Notes: a model not told the origin generated them from the letters alone. Positions 1 through 12,512 are shown, counted from the stretch's first letter. The stretch is DNA of 64,000 bases from Macrostomum lignano (GCA_002269645.1 NIVC01002884.1:1-64000), one strand, 5' to 3'. Numbers and translations: made by a program.

Positions 1-475
1 ACATATTGCATGCACGCGTTGAATTGAAAGTCGAATTTCAAACCGAATGTATCGCATGTTATTTTCAGTAGTACATGGTGCAAACTGCAATTTTCGACAG
101 TTTCTTTTAATCCAACTTTAGCTGGAAAAAGCATGCAGATTGCTTTTCTCTTGCGCTAAAAGTTGCTTGAACATTTCTTCGCGTTAAAACACTTTTGTTT
201 TAAACTGCTGGTTGAGCTTTGAGAAAAACAGACGAATGGAGTTTTGATTTTGTCAATTGGGTTTCGCGATGTTCAAATCGACCGGTTTGCAATGACTGTG
301 TTAAATCCATCATTGCATTTTTTTTCTCCTCTGTGAATTACATAAATTCACTTATAGATGCGATTTTCGGCAATAACTTTGCTTCATCCAGATAACATAA
401 AACACCAGTAAAATTACCTCTTTGTTCTTTTTTGCTGCCTTCATTTTAGAGCAAAATTTAAAGGAATTGATCCGT

Positions 476-1770
476 TTGTATCAATCCCAATGCATTGATC
501 AGTGTGTATCAATCCCAATGCATTGATCAGTGTGTATCAATCCCAATGCATTGATCAGTGTGTATCAATCCCAATGCATTGATCAGTGTGTATCAATCCC
601 AATGCATTGATCAGTGTGTATCAATCCCAATGCATTGATCAGTGTATCAATCCCAATGCATTGATCATATGTGTGTATCAATCCAATGCATTGATCAGTG
701 TGTATCAATCCCAATGCATTGATCAGTGTGTATCAATCCCAATGCATTGATCAGTGTGTATCAATCCCAATGCATTGATCAGTGTGTATCAATCCCAATG
801 CATTGATCAGTGTGTATCAATCCCAATGCATTGATCAGTGTGTATCAATCCAATGCATTGATCAGTGTATCAATCCCAATGCATTGATCAGTGTGTATCA
901 ATCCCAATGCATTGATCAGTGTGCATCAATCCCAATGCATTGATCAGTGTGTATCAATCCCAATGCATTGATCAGTGTGTATCAATCCCAATGCATTGAT
1001 CAGTGTGTATCAATCCCAATGCATTGATCAGTGTGTATCAATCCCAATGCATTGATCAGTGTGTATCAATCCCAATGCATTGATCAGTGCATCAATCCCA
1101 ATGCATTGATCAGTGTGCATCAATCCCAATGCATTGATCAGTGTGTATCAATCCCAATGCATTGATCAGTGTGTATCAATCCCAATGCATTGATCAGTGT
1201 ATCAATCCCAATGCATTGATCAGTGTATCAATCCCAATGCATTGATCAGTGTGTATCAATCCCAATGCATTGATCAGTGTGTATCAATCCCAATGCATTG
1301 ATCAGTGTGTATCAATCCCAATGCATTGATCAGTGTGTATCAATCCCAATGCATTGATCAGTGTGTATCAATCCCAATGCATTGATCAGTGTGTATCAAT
1401 CCCAATGCATTGATCAGTGTGTATCAATCCCAATGCATTGATCAGTGTGTATCAATCCAATGCATTGATCAGTGTGTATCAATCCCAATGCATTGATCAG
1501 TGTGTATCAATCCCAATGCATTGATCAGTGTGTATCAATCCCAATGCATTGATCAGTGTGTATCAATCCCAATGCATTGATCAGTGTGTATCAATCCCAA
1601 TGCATTGATCAGTGTGTATCAATCCCAATGCATTGATCAGTGTGTATCAATCCCAATGCATTGATCAGTGTGTATCAATCCCAATGCATTGATCAGTGTG
1701 CATCAATCCCAATGAATTGATCAGTGTGTATCAATCCCAATGCATTGATCAGTGTGCATCAATCCCAATG
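476..1770. repeat. 28-bp tandem satellite (GTGTATCAATCCCAATGCATTGATCAGT)n, about 46 copies
   Basis: Near-perfect 28-bp periodicity read directly; occasional 1-2 bp deletion variants. Confidence 0.97.
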
Positions 1771-2974
1771 AAGTCTTTTTTGCACATGCACAACGCTGAA
1801 AATTAAATGAACGCCAGAAGCTGCCGCAGCGATTTTGGCCATCAATCAATCAGCTATGAGCGTAAGTGGCTCTTTGTGGGCAGCCTCTCTCCCAGCAGAT
1901 GATGGTACGAACGTATTTCATCAATTTTCCAATTTTTCACTAATTGAAATCGTGGGGCGTCCGCTGATTGTTGTCAACGCTGAAGACACACGGACCAATT
2001 CATTTCCAAAAATTTATAAATTAGCAAGACAGGTAAGAAGCCTTGCTATATTTGCACAAGTTCGAACTATCGCTAAAAGTCAATGCTAATCTGTTCAACT
2101 TTAGAAAAGAACCTATTGATAAAATTCATGTTTCTGGAACAGCTCGATTTATTTGTGTGTTGCGTTTTCCATGATTTCTTGGAAAACTTTTGAAGGCCTG
2201 TTTTTCGTACTGAACTCGATTTTTGCAGACTGTTTGATGTCTCAATTTGAAATGCAAGTTTTCAGAATCAGAAAAATCATTCGGCCTTCAATTATTCTTT
2301 TCTTAGAAACCAAGTGTCCACTCGTGACTTTCTATACTTCTATTGACTATTGGTCCCTGCATCGTCGACTGATGGTATCTTTAGAGAGTGGCGCTATAGA
2401 CTATGACGTAATAACCCTTCCCTGCTTTCCTAAACATCTCTTGTTTATACCCATCCATCACTCTCGGCATTGACTCTATAGAAAACCGATGAAACTCCAC
2501 AGATCCTGGACGGTGCAGAACCGATCAAAATTATTCTCCTAGCTATTATTTGTTTTAATGCTTTCTCATAGACACTTCCTCGTAGATACTACGAGCAAAT
2601 GGTGTCCGCGTGCGGTCTCTCCCCACATCCTCCCAGAGCCTAGGATATCCCCTAGGAGGATCGAGATGAACTGCACACATACAGCTCTTATCTCCCTGCC
2701 ACCCCAGCAGAAGATGTCTGTCCTTATCTCTTGGCCAGCGAGGGTTTTGTGTATTTTTTATCTTCACAGCGTCATCATCGCATATGCCAGTGGCGCCATA
2801 TTTTATTACGTTCGTAGCTAAGCTGTAGGTTGGACGTTGGTTAAAAATGCTAGCTCGGTTTGTTCCTATTCGATGCAAATATTAGAAAGAAATTATTAAT
2901 TTTGTTTTTGGTTTTGTAAACGCAAACCGCTATGCAAAATTTCCAGGCATTATAGCAACAGATGCTGTCATAAA

Positions 2975-3275
2975 ATACTGAAGGAGCGGAAGCTGTAATG
3001 AAATCTCGCAACGAAGGGGATGAAGCTGTCATGAAATACAGAGGGGCGGAAGCTGTCATGAAATACAGAGGGGGCGGAAGCTGTCATGAAATACAGAGGG
3101 GCGGAAGATGTCATGAAATACAGAGGGGGCGGAAGCTGTCATGAAATACAGAGGGGGCGGAAGCTGTCATGAAATACAGAGGGGGCGGAAGCTGTCATGA
3201 AATACAGAGGGGGCGGAAGCTGTCATGAAATACAGAGGGGGCGGAAGCTGTCATGAAATACAGAGGGGGTGGGAA
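2975..3275. repeat. 29-30 bp minisatellite (GGGGCGGAAGCTGTCATGAAATACAGAG)n
   Basis: About 9-10 tandem copies with degenerate flanking units. Confidence 0.93.
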
Positions 3276-3830
3276 ACTGTTAATAATATAGATTAAATGT
3301 CATAAAAAGTCAAGCAGCACAGGGGCGGAAGCTGTCAGAAATGAACTGTAAAAACCAGATTCATAATAACTAAAGTATACTTTAAGAAATCAACTTTCAC
3401 TGCATGCATCTCAGCCATATGTAATCAAGGATCGGTGTGTATCATGCACTGTTCCTTTGTAATGCTGCGCAGGGATGACAGATAGTGAAGGAGATTGGCT
3501 GCTGTGGCTGCCTGTAATTCTCCCAAATATGTCAGACCGGGGGGGGGGGGTCCGCCCTTCCTTTCCCAGCAGACGCGTTGTCGGTTAACAGTAAAATTTA
3601 TTACTGTCAAAAAGCAGGTGCCCAGCAACTAAGCGCATGCTGTGTCCTATGCGTATGTGTATCAAGAATGTGTGCTACTGTCGACTTGGAAAACGCAATC
3701 GTTTCTATGGATTTTGTTACATCCGGACTGCCTCTGACGCTGGGCAGGCTTAGAAAGCTATAGTTGCTTTATAACATTGTAGTTGATAACTCTGATTGTG
3801 TTGAAATTCAATTTGGCCTTCTGGGAACTC

Positions 3831-4064
3831 CGCTGTCTCATTGGGTCTTTGTCGGCTGTGTCATTGGGGTCTTTGTCCGCTGTCTCATTGGGGTCTTTGT
3901 CCGCTGTCTCATTGGGTCCTTGTCCGCTGTCTCATTGGGGTCTTTGTCCGCTGTGTCATTGGGGTCCTTGTCCGCTGTCTCATTGGGGTCCTTGTCCGCT
4001 GTGCCATTGGGGTCCTTGTCCGCTGTGCCATTGGGTCTTTGTCCGCTGTCTCATTGGGCTCCTT
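3831..4064. repeat. 24-bp minisatellite (GTCCGCTGTCTCATTGGGGTCTTT)n upstream of the protocadherin
   Basis: About 10 tandem copies; explains the repetitive ORFs at 3764-4247. Confidence 0.92.
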
Positions 4065-4215
4065 GAGCGCGACCTCTGTTGTCAAAATATCAAAAAGCCG
4101 AAAAACGCGCCAAACATACTACTCACCAGCTTGTTAATCCTATTTTCCGGCCGCGACTCTCTGGTTGGCTGGCTGAATATTTTGTTTGAACCAGCAGCAA
4201 ATCGAAATCTCAGGC

Positions 4216-4258
4216 CAATGAGCGAGCGGCCTCACAGTGCGGATTAACCATAAAAAGT
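4216..4258 (+). promoter_or_regulatory. Possible core promoter motifs (CCAAT and CATAAAA) upstream of the protocadherin ATG
   Basis: CCAAT near 4216 and TATA-like CATAAAAAG near 4249, 40-80 bp upstream of ATG 4294; motif match only. Confidence 0.25.
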
Positions 4259-4293
4259 TGGCAGGCCCTGGCCGCAACTGACAGCTCGGGAAA

Positions 4294-6059
4294 ATGCCGC
4301 CGCCTCAACTTCGCGCTTGGAGGTTGCTGACCGTACTGGCCGCCTTGGCTGCGTCCGCCGCCGCTGCCGGGTCCCCTATCGTCTTCCAGCTGGACGAAGA
4401 CGACGGCCGAATGCCGCCGCCGCCGACGTCCGCCGAACAGCAGCGTCGGCAGCTCCGCCAGATCGGACGGCTGGACGTCGGCCAGGCCTCTTCCAGCGCC
4501 TCACCGATCCGATTCACCCTGCTGCGCGCTCCCGGCGACACTCTGGCTGGCCAGTTCGACGTCGACTCCGACAGAGGCGCGGTCAGCTACCGGGCGCCAG
4601 AATCGACCGAGACAGCCTCTGCGCCACCACCGGCGCCTGCTGCGACTCCAGCCGTCAGGTCTGCGTCATCCAGCTGCGGGTGCGCGCCATCAACCCGTCC
4701 GCTCCGGACAGCAGCCGCAGCCTGCTGGTGGAGATTCACCTGCGCGACGTCAACGACAACGCGCCCAGCTTCCCCAGGCCGGAACTCCAGCTGACGCTGG
4801 ACGAGAACGGTCACCAGGGCGAGGAGATCGCGCTGCCAGCCTCTACGGACGCCGACGCTGGCGAGAACGGCATCGAGAGCTACGAGCTTGTCGGCGACAC
4901 TGCGGGACACTTCCAGCTGAGGACGAGCGGCGGCGGCGGCCGTCCGGAGCCCAGGCTGCTGGTGACGAAGCCGCTGGACCGGGAGGAGACGCCGGAGCTC
5001 CGGTTAACCCTGGTGGCCCGCGATGGCGGCGACCCGCGCCTGTCTGGCCAGCTCCGCATCCGCGTCCGCGTCAACGACAAAAACGACGAGACGCCTCGGT
5101 TTCATCTGGACGGACTGCGGCCGCCGCTGACTGTCCGGCTGTCCGAGACGCATCCGGCTGGAGCCGACCAGCCGTTCCTGCTGCTGAACGCCACCGACTC
5201 CGACGCTGGCCTCAACTCCCGCCTGCGCTACCGGCTGCGCGACTCTCAGCAACGCGCCCAGTCTCTATTCTTCATCAACCCGTCCACTGGAGCTCTCAGC
5301 CTCGCCAGCCAGCTGGACTACGAGCGGGCGCCGGTGCACACTCTGGTCGTCGAGGCTGTCGATCGGGACGGCGGCTTCGCCAGCGGCGGCGTCGCTTCGC
5401 GCACCGGCAGCGTCACGCTGACGATCAGCGTCTTGGACGTCAACGACGAGGCGCCGGTGATCGTGCTGACGTCGCTCAGCTCAGATGGTCAGTTGAGCGT
5501 CGACGAGAACAAACCGCCGGACACTCTGGTGGCCTGGCTGACGGTCTCTGACGCTGACAGCAGCGGAGTCCGCGGGGTCGACTGCCGACTTGGAGACGAC
5601 AAAAGAGATTCCGGCGGCAGCGGCGGCGGCTTCCGCCTGCTGGCAAAGTCGAGCACGGTGGGCCTCGACCAGCAAGAGTTCGAGCTGAGGACCGCTCGGC
5701 AGCTGGACGCCGAGACGAGCCCGAAGGTGAACCTGACGATCGTCTGTACGGACCGCGGCAAGCCGCCGTTGAGCAGCAGACGCAGCATTCGCGTGATCGT
5801 CAACAACCTCAACGACAACGCACCGACATTCCAGGTGCCGGGTGCCGGTGGCCAGCCGCCGCTGCGGCTCAGCGTCCCGGAGAACCGGCGGCCCGGCTGG
5901 CTCGTCTGCGGTCTCAACGCCACCGACGCCGACGGTGACGCGATCCGATTCGAGCTGCTCGAGTTCGGTCGGGCGCCGTTTCGACTGGACGAACGGACCG
6001 GCCGGCTGTACGCGACCGAGAGCTTCGACAGGGAGCTGGTGGACGAGTATCACCTGCGG
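4294..6059 (+). CDS. Protocadherin exon 1 (signal peptide, EC1 to most of EC5); one-base frameshift at about 4591-4594
   Basis: Frame from 4294 gives a signal peptide (MPPPQLRAWRLLTVLAALAASAAAAG) and ...GQFDVDSDRGAVSYR. The -1 frame continues GARIDRDSLC...DVNDNAPSF, LDREE, NATDSDAGLN, LDYE, DVNDEAP, NLNDNAPTF, DADGD, FDRE (cadherin Ca2+ motifs). Donor CGG|GTGGGT at 6060, phase 0. Confidence 0.9.
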
Positions 6060-6159
6060 GTGGGTGCAGCTTTGCTTTCTTAGGTTGCACGGTCTCAAAT
6101 TTTGGTTTTCATAGTGCCGACGGACCTACTAGCGATGAGACAATAAGATTAACGACCGG

Positions 6160-6686
6160 ATTAGCAACAGGATTAGCATCTGGATTAGCAACTGGATTAG
6201 CAAATGGATTAGCAACAGGATTAGCATCTGGATTAGCATCTGGATTAGCATCTGGATTAGCAACTAGATTAACAACTGGATTAGCAACTGGATTAGCATA
6301 TGGATTAGCATCTGGATTAGCATCTGGATTAGCAACTGGATTAGCATCTGGATTAGCATCTGGATTAGCAACTGGATTAGCAACTGGATTAGCATCTGGA
6401 TTAGCAACTGGATTAGCATCTGGATTAGCATCTGGATTAGCATCTGGATTAGCAACTGGATTAGCATCTGGATTAGCATCTGGATTAGCAACTGGATTAG
6501 CAACTGGATTAGCATCTGGATTAGCAACTGGATTAGCAACTGGATTAGCAACAGGATTAGCATCTGGATTAGCATCTGGATTAGCATCTGGATTAGCAAC
6601 TGGATTAGCAACTGGATTAGCAACTGGATTAGCAACTGGATTAGCAACTGGATTAGCAACTGGATTAGCAACTGGATTAGCAACTA
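6160..6686. repeat. 12-bp minisatellite (GGATTAGCAACT/GGATTAGCATCT)n filling protocadherin intron 1
   Basis: About 44 copies, ending in CAACTAAC about 18 bp before the acceptor. Confidence 0.96.
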
Positions 6687-6703
6687 ACCCTGAACCCTAC
6701 AAG

Positions 6704-7090
6704 GTCCGCGCCACCGACCTCGGCAAGCCGCCGCTCCTCTCCTCGGCGCCGCTCGACGTTATCGTCAAAATCAGCGACGTCAACGACAATCCGCCCAGCT
6801 TCCCGCCCGGCACCGTCTACGAATTCACTGTGTCCGAGTCGGCCGAACCCGGACAGCCGTTAGGCGTACTTCGAGCTGACGATCCGGACGCCGGAGAAAA
6901 TGGCCGGGTGCAGTACAGCCTGGCCGAGTTCGCGGCGCGGCGTCGATTCAGACTCGATCCGGACACCGGACAGCTGTCCACGGCCGCGAAGCTGGACAGG
7001 GAGGTGGACGGACCGAGGCACAGCTTCACGGTCTGGGCTGTGGATGGTGGCCGGGTCAGGAGAACCGCCACGGCTCAGGTCACAGTCCTG
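6704..7090 (+). CDS. Protocadherin exon 2 (end of EC5, most of EC6)
   Basis: Acceptor CTACAAG|GTC; VRATDLGKPPLLSS...DVNDNPPSF...ADDPDAGENG...LDRE...AVDGG; donor CTG|GTGAGT at 7091, phase 0. Confidence 0.93.
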
Positions 7091-7112
7091 GTGAGTGCCT
7101 TGGGAGATGATG

Positions 7113-8080
7113 GTGAGAAGGAGACAGGTAGATAGACAGTGAGAAGGAGACAGGTAGATAGACAGTGAGAAGGAGACAGGTAGATAGACAGTGAGAAGGA
7201 GACAGTTAGATAGACCGTAAGAAGGAGACAGGTAGATAGACAGTGAGAAGGAGACAGGTAGATAGACCGTGAGAAGGAGACAGTTAGATAGACAGTGAGA
7301 AGGAGACAGGTAGATAGACAGTGAGAAGGAGACAGGTAGATAGACCGTGAGGAGACAGGTAGATAGACAATGAGAAGGAGACAGGTAGTTATATAGTGAG
7401 AAGGAGACAGGTAGATATATAGTTAGAAGGAGACAGGTAGATAGACAGTGAGAAGGAGACAGGTAGATAGACAGTGAGAAGGAGACAGGTAGATAGACAG
7501 TGAGAAGGAGACAGGTAGATAGACAGTGAGAAGGAGACAGGTAGATAGACAGTGAGAAGGAGACAGGTAAATAGACCGTGAGAAGGAGACAGGTAGTTAT
7601 ATAGTGAGAAGGAGACAGGTAGATATATAGTGAGAAGGAGACAGGTAGATAGACCGTGAGAAGGAGACAGGTAGATAGACAGTGAGAAGGAGACAGGTAG
7701 ATATATAGTGAGAAGGAGACAGGTAGATATATAGTGAGAAGGAGACAGGTAGATAGACAATGAGAAGGAGACAGGTAGATAGACAATGAGAAGGAGATAG
7801 GTAGTTATATAGTGAGAAGGAGACAGGTAGATATATAGTGAGAAGGAGACAGGTAGATAGACAATGAGAAGGAGACAGGTAGATAGACAGTGAGAAGGAG
7901 ATAGGTAGTTATATAGTGAGAAGGAGACAGGTAGATAGACAATGAGAAGGAGATAGGTAGTTATATAGTGAGAAGGAGATAGGTAGTTATATAGTGAGAA
8001 GGAGACAGGTAGATAGACAATGAGAAGGAGATAGGTAGTTATATAGTGAGAAGGAGACAGGTAGATAGACCGTGAGAAGG
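7113..8080. repeat. 26-bp minisatellite (GTGAGAAGGAGACAGGTAGATAGACA)n at the start of protocadherin intron 2
   Basis: About 37 copies, starting about 20 bp after the donor. Confidence 0.95.
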
Positions 8081-8462
8081 AGCCCCCCATATTCTTCAGT
8101 GCTCTTCCCTCTCTGCCTCCAACATCAGAGGCTGGACAGTGAGTCAGGCATAGAGCCTACTAGTTAACTAACAGTTCATCCTTTTTGAAAATTAGTAAGT
8201 CTATATTGTGTATAATTTAGCTTAGCTTCACCCAAGTATCTTCAGCCTTACCTGGCTGGCTTGCCTGTGCCGCCAGTGTCAGATTTCCTTAGTTGGCATT
8301 TATCGAGCAGCTGCCCCAGCTGGAGACAGACTGTTGCTTGCGCGCATCCGCTCTACGGGGCTGTTTGACAACAAAAAACTTGGAGCGGATTTGACACCGA
8401 ATTCGATGCTTGATTCCTGCCGGTTCTTTAGCTCGTAGTTGTCTCAATCTACTTGTATTTTT

Positions 8463-9110
8463 GTCTGCCTGTCTTCTGTGTGTGTGTCTGCCTGTCTCCT
8501 CTGTGTGTCTGCCTGTCTCCTCTGTGTGTCTGCCTGTCTCCTCTGTGTGTGTCTGCCTGTCTGTTCTCTGTGTGTCTGCCTGTCTCCTCTGTGTGTGTCT
8601 GCCTGTCTGTTCTCTGTGTGTCTGCCTGTCTCCTCTGTGTGTGTCTGCCTGTCTCCTCTGTGTGTGTCTGCCTGTCTGTTCTCTGTGTGTCTCCCTTTCT
8701 GTTCTCTGTGTGTGTCTGCCTGTCTCCTCTGTGTGTGTGTCTGCCTGTCTCCTCTGTGTGTGTCTGCCTGTCTCCTCTGTGTGTGTGTCTGCCTGTCTCC
8801 TCTGTGTGTGTGTCTGCCTGTTCTCTGTGTGTCTGCCTGTCTCCTCTGTGTGTCTCCCTGTCTGTTCTCTGTGTGTCTGCCTGTCTCGTCTGTGTGTGTC
8901 TGCCTGTCTCCTCTGTGTGTCTCCCTTTCTGTTCTCTGTGTATCTGCCTGTCTCGTCTGTGTGTGTCTGCCTGTCTCCTCTGTGTGTATCTGCCTGTCTC
9001 ATCTGTGTGTCTGCCTGTCTCCTCTGTGTGTGTCTGCCTGTCTCTTCTCTGTCTCACTGTCTATCTACCTGTCTCCTTCTCACTTTCTCACTGTCTATCT
9101 ACCTGTCCTA
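8463..9110. repeat. 20-26 bp pyrimidine-rich minisatellite (GTCTGCCTGTCTCCTCTGTGT)n, ending in reverse-complement units of the 7113-8080 array
   Basis: Tandem array; 9053-9110 reads CTCACTGTCTATCTACCTGTCTCCTTCTCAC, the exact reverse complement of the 26-bp unit. Confidence 0.92.
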
Positions 9111-9774
9111 TTTGTCTACTTCTGCTAGCTTCTCACTGAGACCTCTATAACTTAATCACGGGCAGATTTCCCTCATTATTGAGAACTGTGAGCTGGGTTT
9201 AAACTGTCTGCATTCCCAACAGTGGCCTCCCTAACCTTAGCTAATTTTCCCTAGGGATAGTTCCGACTCCTCAACCTTCAGAATCTCAAATCAGATAACT
9301 TAACTGTACAAAACTACAAGTTTACAGAGGTTCAATGAGTTAAACTGACCTGAACTGCTCTGTTTTTTGTTATAAAATCACTTTGAACAAAGGCTCTGGC
9401 TGCTGTTCTGCCTTAAAACGTCGGGTTAATCCCCGCCCATCATTTTCCAAACATCCCTCATCCCAACGTAGATTTCATTGTAGAACATAAAAGACTGCAT
9501 TAAAACTGCAATGAGTACACAATTATAGCCCCTCAAAATGAAGAGAAGACACTATTTATCAGGTTACGCAAGTTTTAACAACCTCAGCAAGTGAACAAAG
9601 GTCTCGTTTGGTCAGCTTGTCATTGATAGTTGTTGCCTGTTTTGAGCATATTGTCTTGATTAATAATGCATCCCAGTTTACTCAAATTCATGCTTTAGCT
9701 ACAGGCGGATCTTGCATTGGTAGAACAGTGAGACGGGTGCGCACAGTTCCTTTTTTGGGAGATGCAGACAGAGA

Positions 9775-10480
9775 TTGAGAGAGGTGAGAGGGGGTAGAGT
9801 GAGGGTTAGAAGGGTAAGAGACAATATGAGAGAGAGAATGAGAGAGAGAGGGTGAGAGAGAGGGGTGGGAAAGAGGGTGAGAAAGAGGGGTGAGAGAGAG
9901 AGGGTAGTGAGAAAGAGGGGTGAGAAAGAGGGGTGAGAAAGAGGAATGAGAGAGAGAGGGGTGAGAGAGGGGGTGAGAGAGAGGGATGGGAAAGAGGCTT
10001 AAGAAAGAGGGGTGAGAGAGAGGGGTGTGAGAGAGGGTTGAGAGAGAGGGGTGAGTTAGAGGGGTGAGAGAGAGAGGGGGGTGAGAGAGAGAGGGTTGAG
10101 AGAGAGGGGTGAGAAAGAGGGTTGAGAGAGAGGGGTGAGTTAGAGGGGTGAGAGAGAGGGGGTGAGAGAGAGGGGTGAGAGAGAGGGGGTGAGAGAGAGG
10201 GGTGTGAGAGAGGGGTGTGAGAGAGGGGTGAGTTAGAGGGGTGAGAGAGAGAGAGGGTGAGAGAGAGAGGGTTGAGAGAGAGGGGTGAGAAAGAGGGTTG
10301 AGAGAGAGGGGTGAGTTAGAGGGGTGAGAGAGAGGGGGTGAGAGAGAGGGGTGAGAGAGAGAGGGGTGAGAGAGAGGGGTGAGAGTGAGGGGTGAGAGAG
10401 AGGGGTGAGAGTGAGGGGTGAGAGTGAGGGGTGAGAGAAAAGGGTGAGTTAGAGGGGTGAGAAAGAGGGGTGAGAGAGTA
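9775..10480. repeat. Purine-rich low-complexity array (GAGAGAGGGGT)n
   Basis: Degenerate 11-14 bp GA/GT repeats. Confidence 0.9.
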
Positions 10481-11435
10481 AGAGACAAAAAAGGAAATAG
10501 AAACACACAGAAAGAGCAACACCTCCGGTAGCCATGGTGAAATGGAGGAGGATTAGTGAGGGACGGGAAAGAACAGTCCACCTTAGCGGCGGGACACAGT
10601 GTTGATTTTAAGCGCGGGTTTTAAAAAATCACCAATCTTGCTTATCCTATCTACCCAGATATGGGGATGGGGATATTTCCCTTACTGCCTCGCAGTTTTT
10701 CCCTCATGGGGATAACAGGCAGCGCTGTGGCGCAGGAGAGTTAGAAGGGGATCAGAGATGTCGGGATGGAGAGGCAGCTGTCACGGGCTTTCCCGGGCTT
10801 TTCAAAACTGGACTTGCCGCTTTTAGAAGCAATGGAGAGCGAGCCGCAGAGACCAAGCAGTCGCAGGCAGGCGTAACAGGGGGGGGGGATGAAAAAGTGT
10901 TTGACGAACAAAAAAGTTGGGGTTGTGGTGAGGGGGGGGGGTAAATCCCCTCCCGAGGCATTTGGGCCTCTCCTAAGTGACTAATTTTTGGTTGGCAACT
11001 GTCGGCGGGACCCGAGGCTCCCTTGGGACCAGAGGGGGGTCACCTGTTTACAGGGATTTTTCCGGGAGAGAAAGGTGATGGGGGGGGGTAATAACCATTT
11101 AGCGACCAATTTACAAACCTTGACTTTGAGGGCAGCGCAAACTTATGTTTTTTTTCCTGCTGGGCCTCCTGGCAAGTTTTATGAGCTGCCGGCACAGTGT
11201 CAAGGATGCCTGCAGCTAGAGCTTGGACGGGTAGTTCTTATCAAAATGGTACGAGCTAAATCAAGAAAAAATTGATGATGCAGGAAAGTTTCTTTAGTCG
11301 ATTGTAGCCAAAAATACGAGCACCAAGCTGTGTCGAGGGACAGAGCAGCTCAGACTCTCGCCGAAGGGCAGCTGTACACCCTGCATGAGCGAGTGTATGA
11401 GTGCTGTGCTTCAAGGCGCTGGTTGTGGGACGATG

Positions 11436-11515
11436 GCGCCAAGCTGCCTCCAGATGGGTTGCAACTCGATCCAGACTCTAGTTCAAAGTCCTCCTTGATC
11501 TGCGACTGTATGAAG
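11436..11515. repeat. Dispersed repeat, copy 1 (related copies at 14079-14155 and 15704-15732)
   Basis: GCGCCAAGCTGCCTCCAGATGGGTTGCAACTCGATCCAGACTCTAGTTCAAAGTCCTCCTTGATCTGCGACTGTATGA closely matches 14079-14155. Confidence 0.75.
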
Positions 11516-12097
11516 CTTGCCGTAAAAACGGTAATGTCGCCAGCTTCTTCCATTAACAACCATGCAGATGGTTTGTAAGCCGCTGATTCAGATTGAGGCT
11601 TGACTGGTGACTGCGCCTGCATAGCGTGTCAAAGCCTGTTGTTGTTGGGGGGGGGGGGGTATGGCAAAGGCCTTCAAAGACATGCCAAGAGAGCTTGTCA
11701 GAAAGGGTTTTATTGCGTAATTCTCTCACTAATTGGTCCCAGCGGGCTCCGGGAGGTCAGCAATGATCCTTAGGGCGGGGGGGTCAATTTTTTGCACGAG
11801 GCTACTTGCAAATCTCTCTGGGCACCGTTTCCATTAGAAACAAGACTGACCTTCGCAAGTTTGCAAGGATGAAATGTTGCAAATTAGAAATGAATTTCTC
11901 CAACTTCACCAATCCTGCGATGCTTCACTAACACTCGGATAGTTCACCAATTCAGCAATTCCTACGATAATTCACCAATCCTACCATAATTCAGCAAACC
12001 TAGTATAAATTTATCGAGTGACGATTTATCGTTTCACCAATTCACAAATGATGAATTCACCAAATATTCACCAACTTCGAAATCCCCCGCCCCGCAG

Positions 12098-12260
12098 GTG
12101 ACGGACTCGAACGACAACCCGCCCCGGTTTATGTTCCCCAGCCAGCCCAACACTACCATAGACAGCTCGTTCAGGAACCCCGCAGGGGCGACGGTGGCCG
12201 AGCTGCAGGCGACAGACCCGGACGAGGGGCCGAACTCTGAGCTGGTGTACTCGTTGCTGG
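12098..12260 (+). CDS. Protocadherin exon 3 (EC6/EC7 junction)
   Basis: Acceptor CCCGCAG|GTG; VTDSNDNPPRF...ATDPDEGPNSELVYSLL; donor G|GTGAGC at 12261, phase 1. Confidence 0.93.
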
Positions 12261-12314
12261 GTGAGCGAGTCGATTGGGTCTAATGTTTCTTGACTGGGCA
12301 GTTTGCTGTGTCTT

Positions 12315-12512
12315 AATATTCACCAACCCGAATCTTCATCAACCCGAATCATTCACCAACTCGAATCATTCACCAACTCGAATCATTCACCAACCCGAAT
12401 CATTCACCAACTCGAATCATTCACCAACCCGAATCATTCACCAACCCGAATCCTTCACCAACCCGAATCATTCACCAACCCGAATCCTTCACCAACCCGA
12501 GTCCTTCACCAG
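12315..12512. repeat. TTCACCAAC(C/T)CGAATCA-type minisatellite filling intron 3; related TTCACCAA repeats at 11900-12080
   Basis: Tandem TTCACCAA-containing units on both sides of exon 3. Confidence 0.85.

Noticed and set aside
4305-6114. Antisense and alternative-frame ORFs overlapping protocadherin exon 1
   Set aside because: Shadow ORFs expected from GC-rich coding sequence; the exception is the 4294 frame, which supplies the real N-terminus.
6264-6683. 139-aa LIQL-repeat ORF
   Set aside because: Translation of a 12-bp minisatellite lacking stops; intronic and antisense to the protocadherin.
6860-9150. Several 200-300 aa ORFs ([31 protein letters not shown])
   Set aside because: Artefacts of 20-26 bp minisatellites; no domain signal.
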